From the NCBI RefSeq assembly GCF_963853765.1, contig NC_088860.1, forward strand, positions 38,502,001 through 38,566,000: a stretch of DNA of 64,000 bases, read 5' to 3'. Origin of the DNA: Magallana gigas (Eukaryota). How positions within the stretch are numbered: the stretch's first letter is position 1; each line of letters opens with the position of its first letter. Position numbers and translations under genes: made by a program. Below, in pieces: positions 45,552 through 58,900 of the stretch. Below the pieces are notes generated by a model that had not been told where the DNA came from, ran no database searches, and was given only the letters and a program-made list of their open reading frames with translations.

Positions 45552-46280
45552 GAGTGATATTCGCCTGTTTCATTTCATACTTTTCTTCTCCAGCTTGTGA
45601 TGTCTGCCAGCTAATCATTTCCGGAAACAACCTTTCACGGAACTTATTTGGTATTTAGAATGATATACTTTTTGTGAAAAATTGTTGTTCTAGTATTTTG
45701 TAATAATAGAAATATTCTATTTATTTATTAAGAATATCTTAATCAATTTGATATTGTAAATAAAAGTGTTTCACTTTGCAGGATATTAATTTTCCGGAAA
45801 TTTGACCGGATGTGTTTTGTGTTTATCGTAAAGTCAATCACCCGAGTTTCCTAGGAACATTTTGATACGTTACACGTGTACTTATATTTTCATTGTGTTG
45901 TGATGTTTTGCATCGCAGCCCAACTGAGAAGTGAAATGTATTAGTTAATTTTAAGGTATATAAATGTAACTCAATGCATGTCATTATTTTTCAACGCCAA
46001 TACAGGGTGTATTTGTCATTAATAGCACACAGATAATTTATTCACAGATTGCAATCTTGCTGAATATCCTGGTACATTGTACTAAATCTGGGGCTTACCG
46101 GTTATATTTTATTTTGATGACTTTTATATGACACGTCATTTGGAATGCTTTCTTGCGCTCGAAAACAGCCACATATATTTTCATTAGTTTTGATAGGTAC
46201 ATGTATTTATATGAATTATAATTATATTTTTTAAGGAACAGTGTCCTGAGATTAAAGACTGCTTGACCAAACCTAGTCTT
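45552..46280. promoter_or_regulatory. Putative bidirectional promoter between WDR11 and PLPP4/5
   Basis: Divergent ATGs 730 bp apart; palindromic TTTCCGGAAA (ETS-like core on both strands) at 45618-45627 and 45791-45800. Confidence 0.6.
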
Positions 46281-49200
46281 ATGGAGGGACATCAGCCATT
46301 AGCTCAAGAACTAGTGATCCGAGTTATTCTGTTTGCTGTGTTTTAGTAAGTAAAAATGAATTAAATATATATTATACAAGCAGATGTAACAATTGATATT
46401 TAAAAAGGTATACAAATGTAGATTTAATGTAGAAAGGATCCTGGATGTTGATTACAGCAAAACTTGGATATAACAAACAAAGATATAGTGAATTTATGGC
46501 TATAACAAATTTCTATCAGGGTTGTCTCTAAAAATTGAAGTAGAAGGAGGAAATGAAAAAGAAGCAGGGGGTTTTGGGGTCTTCCTTATAGCTACATTGT
46601 GTTTGAAATGCAATAATAGCTGGGTAATTAAGGCATTATAGGCGGGGGAATTTCCCGCCTCCCGGGTCTTAGAGACAACCCTGTCTATTCATGCGCTGCC
46701 AAAATCCTAACATAACAACAGAAATTATTGCCCAAAAACAATTAACAAAAGTATAATTAGCACTGAATAAAACATGAGGCAAAAATAACCCTTTATTACG
46801 GTACAAATACAGTACATTTAACTTGTATGTATTTCTGAATTTTGATTTTTAACCGGGTTTTCAAACGGAAAAATGGTGAAAAGGGCAGGTGGGTGGGTTG
46901 CTGCCAAAAGGGTACCCTCATTGTTATGGATAACTCCTCCTACAGTTTTCAAGTTGTTCTTTTGTAGATCAATTATACATATATCAGATGTGTGCATATT
47001 GCTAGGATTTTGATTTCTGATAATTTATGGAAAAAATACCACTTTTTGAAATTTGTAATTTTTAGTCAAAATATTGCATATAGGGTACCCTCACTGTACA
47101 GATAACTCCTCCTACAGTTTTTAAGATAGGAACTTGTTCTTTTGCAGATCAATTTTACATATATTAGAGGTGTGTATATTGCTAGGATTTTGATTTCTGA
47201 TAATTTATGAAAAAAATACCAGCTTTTGAACTTAGTCATTTTTTGGCAAAATATTGTATAAAGGGTGGGAGGAGTTACGGATAACTCCTCCTACAGTTTT
47301 CAAGATAGGAACTTGTTCTTTTGCAGATCAATTGATCATATATCAGAGATGTGCATATTATGCACTGCATATTGCTAGGATTTTGATTTCTAATAATTTA
47401 TGAAAAAAATAACATCTTTTGAACTTAGTCATTTTTTCGGCAAAATATTGCATATAGGGTACTCCATTTCACTGGATACGGTAGGTAGTGTTTATCAATT
47501 CAGGATTGACATGGATTATGAATACAGTACACATAAAAGGAAACCCAGTTTTCTGTCACATTGACAGCTTTTCTCTTGTATATTTTTGGCTGCAGTTAGG
47601 AAACTGTGAATGTTTGACCTATATTTTGTAAGTTAATAATCTAGCTATCTCTAAATAGTTGATATCTTTTTGTTTCAGTGTGACGGATGATGCTGTTCCA
47701 TATTACAGACAAATCCAGAAGGAGGAGCAATGGTTATACAGGTTTCCCATGACCCCCAGCATCTACCCTGGGAATGTTCTTTGGGTCTGTTAATGTACTC
47801 TCTAACATACTTAAAGGGGCATTGTCACGATTTTGGTAAAAATTATTTTTTCGGTTTTAATATTTACAGTGCTTCAGAAAGGCATTTTTAATAGGCAACC
47901 GAATATGAGTGTCATTTGTTAAGTTATAAGCGCTTGAAATTCTTCGCTATGTAAACAAAGCGTTTGTTTACATTTTGAACGTTGAAGTAAAAATTCCAAT
48001 TTTAAACCTAAAACGAATATATGTGAATTGCTAGGAACTGTTTATTTATAATATAAAGATAGACAAATAACCTGGAAAAGGGTATTTTACTGGTACAATG
48101 TACATTGAACCTATGATATGTAAACAAAGACAGGGCACGAGCCTTGTTTAACCAAAATCGAGACCATGCCCCTTTAAGGTAATTGTAAGAGTTGTTTATT
48201 TCATTAAGACATCTTTGGTATTAAAATTGGTAACAATTAATTTTTTTCTTAAGGTTCTCCAATCCTCAGCTTCAAAGTTTTTTTTTCATCCTAAAAAATG
48301 TTATTTATCCTTCAGACTTTATGAACATGATAAATGAAATAAAATAAAAAGAAATTTTTTGATGGTAGCCATGCATTTTACGAAGTTATTGCAATTTTGG
48401 CCACGATGAATACATGTATATATTGGAATAATACCGTATACAAGTTGAGATCAAATTAGAAAAAAAATGTTATACCGGAGCATCGGTGGCTCGATCGAAC
48501 CCCTTTACCTCTGTAGAAAGTAGGTCTCTGTGGACTCACAAAGCCAATCAGTTTGTTGAAAGCTTAGCGTAATATTAAAATAACACTTCAAGACTAAGTA
48601 AATTTGTCTATATAAAAGGCAGATCTAGATTTATGGTATAAAAAAATTCCAGATGATTTAGAGTTATTGAACATTGCTGAGGATCAGAGATCGTTAATTT
48701 TACTTTTTCCTTTTAATTAAATTTATATTTTAAGTTTCAACATAATATGCACTCCATCTTACAAAATAATATTTGTATTTGGACAAAACTTGCACTAAAA
48801 CAATCAGAGTATTTTTAAAGCAAATACAAGTATACCAGATATGTTAGATTTTTTACGAAATGGGTCACTTCCGATCAACACACATATCAGCTAGACAGCC
48901 TTGCTTGTCTCTTCTGTGGTACGTCTTTTTTGATATAAAATTTAATGAAGTCTAGCTCATATATAGCTGCAGGTCTCTAGCTCCTGGTGTGAAAAAATTT
49001 GAATGGATGACCTGGTGGGAGCTACAGTGCCACCCATCGTCCAGCCGAAATTTGTCAGACAGGCAGCTACAGACCTGCAGCTTGCTCACATATGAACAGA
49101 TTGTAAAATGTGTTGTATTTATATCAAGTTTTATTATAAAGGGGGGGGGGGGGTTAATGGATGGCCGTATACATGTAATACATTATAGAGGCGTTTTCCA

Positions 49201-52200
49201 AGCTAGCCCAAGAAGTTGTGATAGTTTTTGAAAAGCTGTCTCATATTTAATTCTTCTTGCATATATAATACATTTATTAACATGCATGTTTACAGAAAAC
49301 ATTTGCATTGTTATATTTGACAGATTTTCTCTTTTCTAAACAAAGGTCAGGGGTGTGTGACAGAGACAGGAAGCTGACAATGACATGTTCTGTCAGTATA
49401 TTTGTCATTTGTCTCTTTCAGGTGACAGTTCTGACAGTACCTCTGACAGCGGTGCTTACTTTCTACTTCTTACGACGAGACAGACTGGACGCCAGGCAAG
49501 CCCTTCTGTGTAGGTGGCACTAATACAGTAAAACATGCTTATTACAAAGTGCGATTTTGCTTTGATATATTAAGTGTAATTAGTTATATCTATCAAGTTT
49601 ACAACATGCAATTAACTCACGGGAATCAAAATCACTCTGCTGTAAGCATTAGTTCATTCATTATAAGACTCTGTTTGCTATAACCCTGTTTTACTAACCC
49701 TGTTTTATGCTTTTTTTTGGTTCTAATTGCATTGTTATGTGTTAGGCTGAGAAAAAAATTTGGTTTACCAGGAATACTACTGTAAAGAATATTGCCTATG
49801 TCACAACATCAAAAATGTATTAAACAGCATATACTCATAACACTAAATAGTAAAAAAGTAAATTAATGTAAGGAATAAAATAAATAGCTATATATACATA
49901 TACCCAAATGACCAGTTTACTTGTAAACAGTTAAAGGAGCATGGTCACGATTTGGGTCAAAATTTATTTTTCAGAACCCATTTTTAATGTTTACAATGCT
50001 TTAATTAGCGTGTAAGACATTTCGAATGATCAACCTTAATTTGAGTGTCGGTTGTAGAGAAATAAGCAAGATACAGAGCATACAGTTATTTGTTATGTAA
50101 CAAGGCTGGTGCCATGTTTTCGTCCATGCCCCTTTAACCCTTTTTTATGAAACTACCTCTAAATCACTGTTTATAAAGTTTAACATTAAACTAGTTTTTG
50201 TAATGAATTAATTTCCTATTATGTATAACAATAATACTTGATCTTGGAAAAAAGGAATGAAAGAGTGCAAAGGAAAGGAGGATTGGAAGAATTTTTATCT
50301 GTATAGGGTGATAGTTGACAAATTTAAGACACATTTTGTTGTGCATATGAGTGCATGTGAATGTGTAGTATGATGAACAAAGTGCTTCATTATCGGTAAC
50401 TGAACATTTTTTTCCTCCCTTCAGGTGCCTCGCTAGCAATTTTCTTGACTGGATCGGTCACAAATTTCATAAAGCTGGGGGTGGGCAGGTTTGTATTCGC
50501 TCTTGTCCATTTTTATAATTTCTTTCAACTGATGTGTTTTACATACAAATAAACATATATGATGAGCAATTTCAAGAAAAGAAGCCTATCAATAGCCCTT
50601 AATAATATCTTAGACTAGTAAACTGTAGTCCTGATTTAATTAGCATTTCCTGTGAATAGGAATAATCAGAATTTTGAAACTTCAGTGGCATTGATTCAGT
50701 AATATACATGTATAAATGTTCTCATTTGGCTCTGTGTAATATTAAGCATTTTTACGGAATGTGGTTGCCACTAAATAAAGTATGGTACGTTGCTTGATGC
50801 CTCTCTTTCTATTCATTCCACAGACCTCGCCCAGATTTCCTCCAGCGCTGTTTCCCTGATGGCAAAATTCAGGACGACATGAACTGTACCGGAAATGTCA
50901 AGGACGTCATTCAGGGATACAAGAGCTTTCCCAGCGGACACTCGTCCTGTAAGCCAGGGACATTCTTGTTAATCAATGAAATTATATATAATTCATATGT
51001 TCATGCATATGTAAATGAAATAAGTTGGAGATGTACTTGTTTATCTATGACTATATGTTAAAACTATACGTGTACTGTAAACCAATTTTTATTCCTGTGC
51101 GAGAAATTTTCACGAGGTTCTTGAGAGCCTCATCATTGCAAATATAGCCACAAAACACTTCCTAAAATGTCCTTGCATCACCTTTAGACTTTCAATTAAT
51201 ATCTTAATTACAAAAATTACTGGTGCTCACCGCAATTTAAACCAGATTATTCCCTTTAATTTGCAAAATATTGATTTAAAAGTTATTGCAAATAAGAGTT
51301 GATTTACAGTGAATGCTTCTTACAATGTACTTCTGTGACAGTCAGACCAATTTGAATACCTTGCCAGATAGCCCAGCTGGTAGAGCACCTGACTAGAGAT
51401 TCAGGGGGCCTGGGTTCAAATCCCGGTCTGGTTCATCATTATTTCTCCCATCCCATTACATTTCTCATAGAAATGTTTTCTTTACACACCAACCATGGAG
51501 ATGTAACAATGTGTTATAAGTAATTTGAAGTTATCATTCAAGTTTTTATTTATTCAACTCATTATTAATGTTTAACAGTCTTAAGTTATTCAGTACAGAT
51601 ACTTGACAATGTTTCTCTTTTTTCATAATAATCAATCTATAGAATTTGTAAGTAATATGTAAATTCTATGAATGTAGAGATAGTCTGTTTTATATTTTAC
51701 AGTTGCCTTTTCTAGTCTTGGTTTTGTGGCTCTCTATATTGCCGGCAAGCTCCACATCTTTAATCGGAATGGCCACGGAAACTCCCTGAAGATTTGTTTG
51801 TTTGTGTCTCTGTTAGTGTGGGCCACTCTCATTGCTGTGTCAAGGACAGCTGACTTTCATCATCATTGGCAAGGTTCGAATTACAATATTCTATATATAC
51901 ATGTACATGTATATACTAGACATTCCATATTTTAATAGGCTAAACGAAATTTACTTTACTCTTAAATTTTATATTTATTTAATGAAAATTAAACTGCGGA
52001 CATGATAAAGACTTTCTTTTTAAATCGTCACTTACCCAGTAGTCTACAGTTCATTTACTTTTGAATTCATATGTGGTTGGGTTTTTATTTTTGGGGTCAT
52101 ATAGATGTGACTGTTGGCAGTATCCTTGGAATGACCTTGACCTACTTTTGCTACAGACAGTACTACCCTGCTCTGACGCGTGCCGTTTCACACTTGCCCT

Positions 52201-52298
52201 ATATTTCGCTTCCTTCAGAGCGTGACCTGATTCCAACATTTCCTGCATCTGCTGTGAATAACTCAGAAGCTGTCAATTCTTTGATGAAAATGGTCTGA
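46281..52298 (+). CDS. PLPP5: PAP2-family phospholipid phosphatase, PLPP4/PLPP5 (PPAPDC1) co-ortholog, 7 exons, 270 aa
   Basis: Exons 46281-46345, 47679-47784, 49422-49509, 50425-50488, 50824-50948, 51703-51873, 52105-52298 join in frame. PAP2 catalytic motifs [27 protein letters not shown]. The symbol is approximate: PLPP4 versus PLPP5 cannot be resolved. Confidence 0.92.
46517..46683. mobile_element. MITE with 14-bp perfect TIR and 5-bp TSD
   Basis: TCTAT|CAGGGTTGTCTCTA ... TAGAGACAACCCTG|TCTAT. Confidence 0.85.
46846..47579 (+). mobile_element. Non-autonomous Helentron (HINE)-like element with ~172-179-bp central repeats
   Basis: 5' subTIR AACCGGGTTTTC, (GGGT/GGGC) microsatellite, three GATAACTCCTCCTACAG-initiated units (46929, 47101, 47280), 3' subTIR GGAAACCCAGTT and stem-loop CTGTCA-CAT-TGACAG. 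Confidence 0.75.
47815..48173. mobile_element. Kolobok-like MITE (TTAA TSD)
   Basis: TTAA|AGGGGCATTGTCACGATTTTGG ... CCAAAATCGAGACCATGCCCCT|TTAA. Confidence 0.85.
49935..50133. mobile_element. Kolobok-like MITE, shorter relative of 47815-48173
   Basis: TTAA|AGGAGCATGGTCACG ... CGTCCATGCCCCT|TTAA. Confidence 0.78.
51336..51470 (+). mobile_element. tRNA-derived SINE copy
   Basis: A-box TAGCCCAGCTGG, B-box GGTTCAAATCC, shared 3' tail TCATTATTTCTCCCATCCCATTACA. Confidence 0.75.
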
Positions 52299-52335
52299 TT
52301 GCCTGTAGTGACATACACATTAAAAGTGTGAACTC

Positions 52336-52337
<2 letters not shown>

Positions 52338-52400
<63 letters not shown>
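52338..52400. repeat. (GA)n microsatellite in the PLPP 3' UTR
   Basis: Pure GA run just after the stop codon. Confidence 0.95.
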
Positions 52401-52401
<1 letters not shown>

Positions 52402-55400
52402 ATGTAAGAAAAGAGAGAGAGAATAAGGTGAAAGAGCATCAAAACATTCTCATGCAGAGATGATGATGGAGAGAGAGACAGACAGACAGACAGAGAAAAG
52501 AGGAAGAGAGATAAATGTCTTATAAAAGACTAAGGAAAACTATATATTTTGTTATTTTTATTTTTGTTGTTGTTGTTGTTGTTGTAAGTAGCTGTTATTT
52601 GTTTGTGTTAGACACAGGCTGGAATGTTTGTTTTATGATAAAGATCAAGGTGGACATCATACTACATTGTAATTTCTCTTGCTGTCCATGAAGCTTTATG
52701 CAATTATAATACAAAGTTTTATAATGATTACAATAAATGCTCTGGTGTTTTACATATACATATATTATATAAGTAAATTAAATCAAAATATGTCCCTGAT
52801 TTTGTATTACACATTGTCTGAAAAGTATGATTGGTTTCTGTACGTTATTTGATTCATTATTTTATTTATACAGAACCTCAGCTGTTATCAATACTCAGTG
52901 TAACGTAGTATGGCATTGTATTGTAAAATACATATATATAAGAGAATCTGAATCTTTGAATTGCCAAGCTTGCTAGTCTTTCCAGTATTTGTTGGACATG
53001 TTTGTTAATATACATATATAATTATGTATACATTTTACATTAATTTAATGATTCATTCATAGTAATGGTACTTAATAGATGTATTCTTTATAGTAGTATA
53101 TTTTGATCATTACCTGAATAAGGAGTAAGTATGAATAAATTTACCATACCTCTACTTTTATTAGAGACATCTTTATTTGCAAGTCAAAATGTATGCAAAG
53201 GAAAGTTGGTCTATCGTATTTGAAAATTACCCAAACACAAAAAAAGGAATCAGTTTTTTATCAGCCCAAAAAACACTGACATGCCATCGGGTACATGTTA
53301 ACTTTTCGTTGTTTATGTATTTGAACCTGTATATGTAAGATATATATATATATACATATATATTGGTGTATGTAAACAAGCTTCTGTAAATTAATTAAGT
53401 TATTAGATTGCTGATTAAAATTAAAAACAGACTTAATTAACAGGCCAGTATATAATTATAAGTACATGTAGTGATACCTATAACATGTAGATAATGAAAG
53501 TATGTCTGGTAATCAAAATATTGGGATGACATTAACTTTGAAAAAAGCTTATGAGGGTCAGTTTAAAACAGTTTTAATCATTGAATAATGTATGTATATT
53601 TGATAATTTTGTTGATATTATATGTAATATATTTTTATCTGTCTCCTGCTTCTTTGTCTGCCATTTTGTAGTGAAGCCCTCTGTGTTCAAACTACTCTCA
53701 CTGCTTATATAGCTGTGTCCACAGAAAGGGGTTCCTCTCTGTTTATCTTGACTTGTACGCTGTAAATATATCGTTACAACAATGTGCACAACCCCCATAC
53801 ATATGTATAGAGAAATAAACAACACGTACATATTTTCTTTCTTCAATTGTATCATTACCTGTACATTTGAATATTTATAGTGAATTTATAAGATATGAAT
53901 TTTTTGGGGCTATTTTGCAAGCAGATGCAATTCTCTCTTCAATGCAAAGTCCAATTAGGAATTTCTTTTAATTAATTTGAAATAAATATATTTTTTTTCT
54001 ATTATCTCAGACTATCATTGTAATGATTCTGTGCATTACATGTATATAATTACTGTATTTTTAAAATTCATATATTAAAAGTAAATTTTAAGAACTTGTT
54101 CCTGGGCATTGTTTTACGATTAAGAAATAAAACTTTAATGAATGAAATCAAAATTAATATGATGACTTTACATGCCCCCCCTCCCCCCCCCCCCCTTTCC
54201 CTTAACTCCCTTTGTTACATGATAGAAAGTACATGTGTGCAGATTAAGAATTATTTTTGAAGGATTTGACCTTCATCACAAAGTACATGTATACTTCTAC
54301 ATGTCATTTTCTTTATCAGAAATTATTATCAATAAGAAATATTTCTCTAGATATTAGCTTATTTTTGGTATGTGTTTGTCATTGCTAATACAAACAATTT
54401 CAGAGCTAACTGTAATTGTTGTATATACAAAGCAAAAGGAGCAATAATTCATTTATCTATGACTTAAACAAACAATTTGGAGATCAAAGATTAGGGAGAG
54501 ATAATAAAGCAATGGGGGGGGGGGGGAGGGGTAATCAGAATATGGACTATTATAATTACTCTTCTCAAGCCAAGCCACAAAAAACTTCACTCAAACCCTT
54601 CTTCAAAGGAAATTAACTAATTAACATGCTCATTGTTTAATTGCCTGTAAGATCTGAATCTCCTCATGCATTAGCCAATAGGATTGGAGGATTTTGTAGC
54701 ATTCAGCCAATGATATTTTGAGTTTTGTTTTGTTTGTACAAGAGAGGCAATATTTTGTGCCAAACTTTAAATATTTTATTCAATTTTGAATTAAAGGAAG
54801 CCTTTTAGCTGTCTCTAGGTAAGTCAGTATTTTAATTTCAAGATTCTGTTTGGAGTTGAAATAGACATGTTAAATTTAATTCACTTTTGCTTTTATATTT
54901 TTAAAATTATTTTTGTTGAATCACTATTATATGGATATCTAAATCAATGAATTTAAATATTTCATTTTTCTTTTTACTTTGTCAAATAATAATTGACATA
55001 TCGTAAAATATTCTTATTTTGTTTCCTCTATTGATATAATGAACAAGATGACAATTCTGTTATTTATGTGCTAGATATAATTTAAAAGCAATTTAAGTTT
55101 ATTATTTAATGTTTATGCCATATGATATTTCAGTGAATCTTCTTGATTTGATTCAATACTGGTTTGAATAATTTGAATTATTATTTCAATATGTTTAAAT
55201 AAGTTGTATAATAAATTCAAAATTAATATTATTTGTAATCTAAGTTAAAAGTAAAAAATGTGCATTAATTTCTGATATTTGTAGAATTACCGGGTAACAT
55301 TTTTTTTTATTGATTTCTGCAATCAAAATTCAATATTTTGTGCAATGTTTAAAATTACATTCTGTGAACTGAAAAAATGGAAAGCAATTGTTAGGGTTTT

Positions 55401-55719
55401 TTTTTTTAACTTGAATTTGATCTCAGAATGAAATCATATGGAATTTTTATAATCAGATAATTTACATGAACTTATTTATGATAGAGTTAAGAAATTGATA
55501 TTTAAAAAAAAAAAATAGGTAAAAGAAATGATATTCATGAGGTCAGAAAATACAAATTTGTTTTCGTGCAGATATTTTAATTACTATGGCATATAATAAT
55601 AATGAAGGTATTTTTAAAACATGTCTAAAAGGCATATACAAAATGTCTGGATCAGATAAAAAAAATTATTTAGCTATAGAATATTTAAATTAATAAAAGT
55701 TTAATTAGAATTAATTTTT

Positions 55720-55955
55720 TTTTGGTTACAGCAGTAGATTTTACAAGAAAAATAGTAATATATCCTTTTGTTACAGCATTATGGAAAATTAATAAAGATA
55801 TAAGAAATATAATAACATTTTGTTTTGTTACAGCATTATGGAAAATTAATAAAGATATAAGAATTATAATCACATTTTGTTTTGTTACAGCATTATGGAA
55901 AATTAATAAAGATATAAGAAATATAATAACATTTTGTTTTGTTACAGCATAATGG
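55720..55955 (+). repeat. 57-bp tandem array copying the acceptor of the first coding exon of the zinc-finger gene
   Basis: GTTACAG|CA at 55731, 55776, 55833, 55890 and the real site 55947. Confidence 0.88.
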
Positions 55956-58900
55956 ATCTGTTGCTCAGTCATTTCTTGGACACTGCCATCAGAATCCCCG
56001 CCCGGGTTCCTCCACCGTCACCATCATCCACTCACCCACAAAAGTAAGTCATCAGGATATATCTTAACCATATTAGTTCAGTAATACATTGAGATCTAAG
56101 TGACACGTTCAGTTCAGTATTACATGTACAATACATTGAGATCTAAGTGATGCGTTCAGTTCAGTATTACATTTACAATGCATTGAGATCTAAGTGACGC
56201 GTTCAGTTCAGTATTACATGTACAGTGCATTTAGGGCTAAGTGACGTTCAGTTCAGTATTACATGTACAATGCATTGAGGGCTAAGTGATGTTCAGTTCA
56301 GTATTACATGTACAATGCATTGAGGGCTAAGTGACGTTCAGTTCAGTATTACATGTACAATGCATTAAGAGCTAAGTGAAGCGATGTTCAGTTCAGTATT
56401 ACATGTACAATACATTAAGGGCTAAGTGACGTTCAGTTCAGTATTACATGTACAATGCATTGAGGGCTAAGTGATGTTCAGTTCAGTATTACATGTACCG
56501 TACAATGCATTGAGGGCTAAGTGACGTTCAGTTCAGTATTACATGTACAGTGCATTAAGAGCTAAGTGAAGCGATGTTCAGTTCAGTATTACATGTACAA
56601 TACATTAAGGGCTAAGTGACGTTCAGTTCAGTATTACATGTACGGTACAATGCATTGAGGGCTAAGTGACGTTCAGTTCAGTATTACATGTACAATGCAT
56701 TAAGAGCTAAGTGAAGCGATGTTCAGTTCAGTATTACATGTACAATACATTAAGGGCTAAGTGACGTTCAGTTCAGTATTACATGTATAATGCATTGAGG
56801 GCTAAGTGATGTTCAGTTCAGTATTACATGTACAATGCATTAAGAGCTAAGTGAAGCGATGTTCAGTTTTACTGTACAATGCATTGAGGGCTAAGTGATG
56901 TTCAGTTCAGTATTACATGTACAATGCATTGAGGGCTAAGTGACGTTCAGTTCAGTATTACATGTACAATGCATTGAGGGCTAAGTGATGTTCAGTTTAG
57001 TATTACATGTACAATACAATGAGGGCTAAGTGACGTTCAGTTCAGTATTACATGTACAATGCATTGAGGGCTAATTAAGTGACGTTCAGTTCAGTATTAC
57101 ACGTACAATGCATTCAGGGCTAAGTGACATCATCTTAATCATTTTAACTATCATCATGCACAACTCCAGAATATCATCTTTCTTCTTTTTTTTTTTAATT
57201 CAAGTATTCATATAACATAAATCATAATAAATTGCATATACATTGTATTAACTTGATGAATATGAGAAAAAGGGAATGAGAGAGAGGGAAAAAGAGAGAG
57301 AGAGAGAGAGAGACAGAGAGAATATTATCCTTAATGAGGGTGGGGTGGGGAGGGGGGATCCAAGGGAGAATTGTGATTTCTGAGGAGGGGATTTTACCAT
57401 GAGGTTGAATTTTCCAAGGGATAAAAGTGATCGCTAGGGAGGGGATTTTACCATGTGATTAAATTATCCAAGGGAAAGAGGGGAGGCCTTGTGGGCCCCC
57501 ATCTAAATTGAACGAATATAAATATGAATATAACAATAAATGCATCATGGTAGAATACATGTCACAACAGGAACTCTTGCTGAAAGCAAATTTAGATACA
57601 CAAATAATTATGCGACAAATCATTTTATTTTGTAAACTAATATCTCAGCTAAAAACGATCTGAATTTTTATAAAGAAGAGCCATCAAGGTATTATTTCCC
57701 TCTTCTATTATTTTTTCCATGTATTGTTTTTAATTTTTACTGGGATATTGATTTTTTATATGGGAAATGAGGGGGGGGGGGTATAGCTTTTCCTCTTAAA
57801 ATTATGATCCTTGTTATTAATTTTTGGTAATTTTTTGTATAAGTTTCCTATACTTTCTTCCCCTGCTAATTGTTGGGGTTAATTCAGTGATGTGAATTTA
57901 AATAAATGTCACCTCCCAACATAGATTAGGGTCCAGCACTGCATGGCTCCCTCATTGCTACATGCCTTTACAATTGTGAGTTAACAGAAACAAAGTACTA
58001 AGATTATTTTCTAGAGAAGTTATCTTTCTTATCAGAGGGACATTCAACCTTAACTCTTACAAAAATAAACATATTTAGTTTTCCAGCATTTCTTGGAACA
58101 GCTTTAAAAAGTTAGTAACAAATTGATTTGTGTAGGAATACAAGGCAACCAAATGCCAAACCTATAGTGGCATTGTATTGAGTACCGGTAAATTCATTCA
58201 GACAACTTCTATACGCAAAAAGTCATTCTTGCCAGTTTCACGCAATGCACAATTAGCTTAGATCTTCTTTTTTTTTCTATTTTTAGATTATAAATTTGTA
58301 TGAAAAAATATACAAAAAATATACAAATAAGGGTGTCCAAGTAGCACATTTATCATTGCACTCACTTATCAAAGGTGCGACACGAGTTTGATCCCCATGA
58401 TCGACAGTGGTTGAAAGCAAAAGGGTATGGCGGTTGCCCGCTTGGACACTTGGGTTTTCTATGGGTACTCCAGCTCTTCCCACATTAATGACCCCCTCGC
58501 GCTAACATCCATGCCAACGAAAGATATTAATACATGTAATACCCGGTATATGTTGTAGAAGTTGTTTATCAATTGTTGTAAAATAAATAAGTTCAGTTTC
58601 AGTTTATGAAAAAATATATAATATTTAAATATCTATAGCAGTTGTGCTATTCATAGAAGCACTTGCAATTTGCATGCCAATAGCCAGGATTTTGCTTTCA
58701 GTAAAGCCTGGCTAAAATAACTGATAAAACAACTGCTAGGCATTGTGAGATGTTCTGTCCATTATATTTTAACCATATTAATACAGTATATACTGGTATT
58801 CATAATCACCAATTCTTAGAGCCTCCTTTATTGTTTTAAAAAAGTTGCAATTTTTTTCTATAACAATAACATGTCCAAACGCACTGCCATTATATATACA

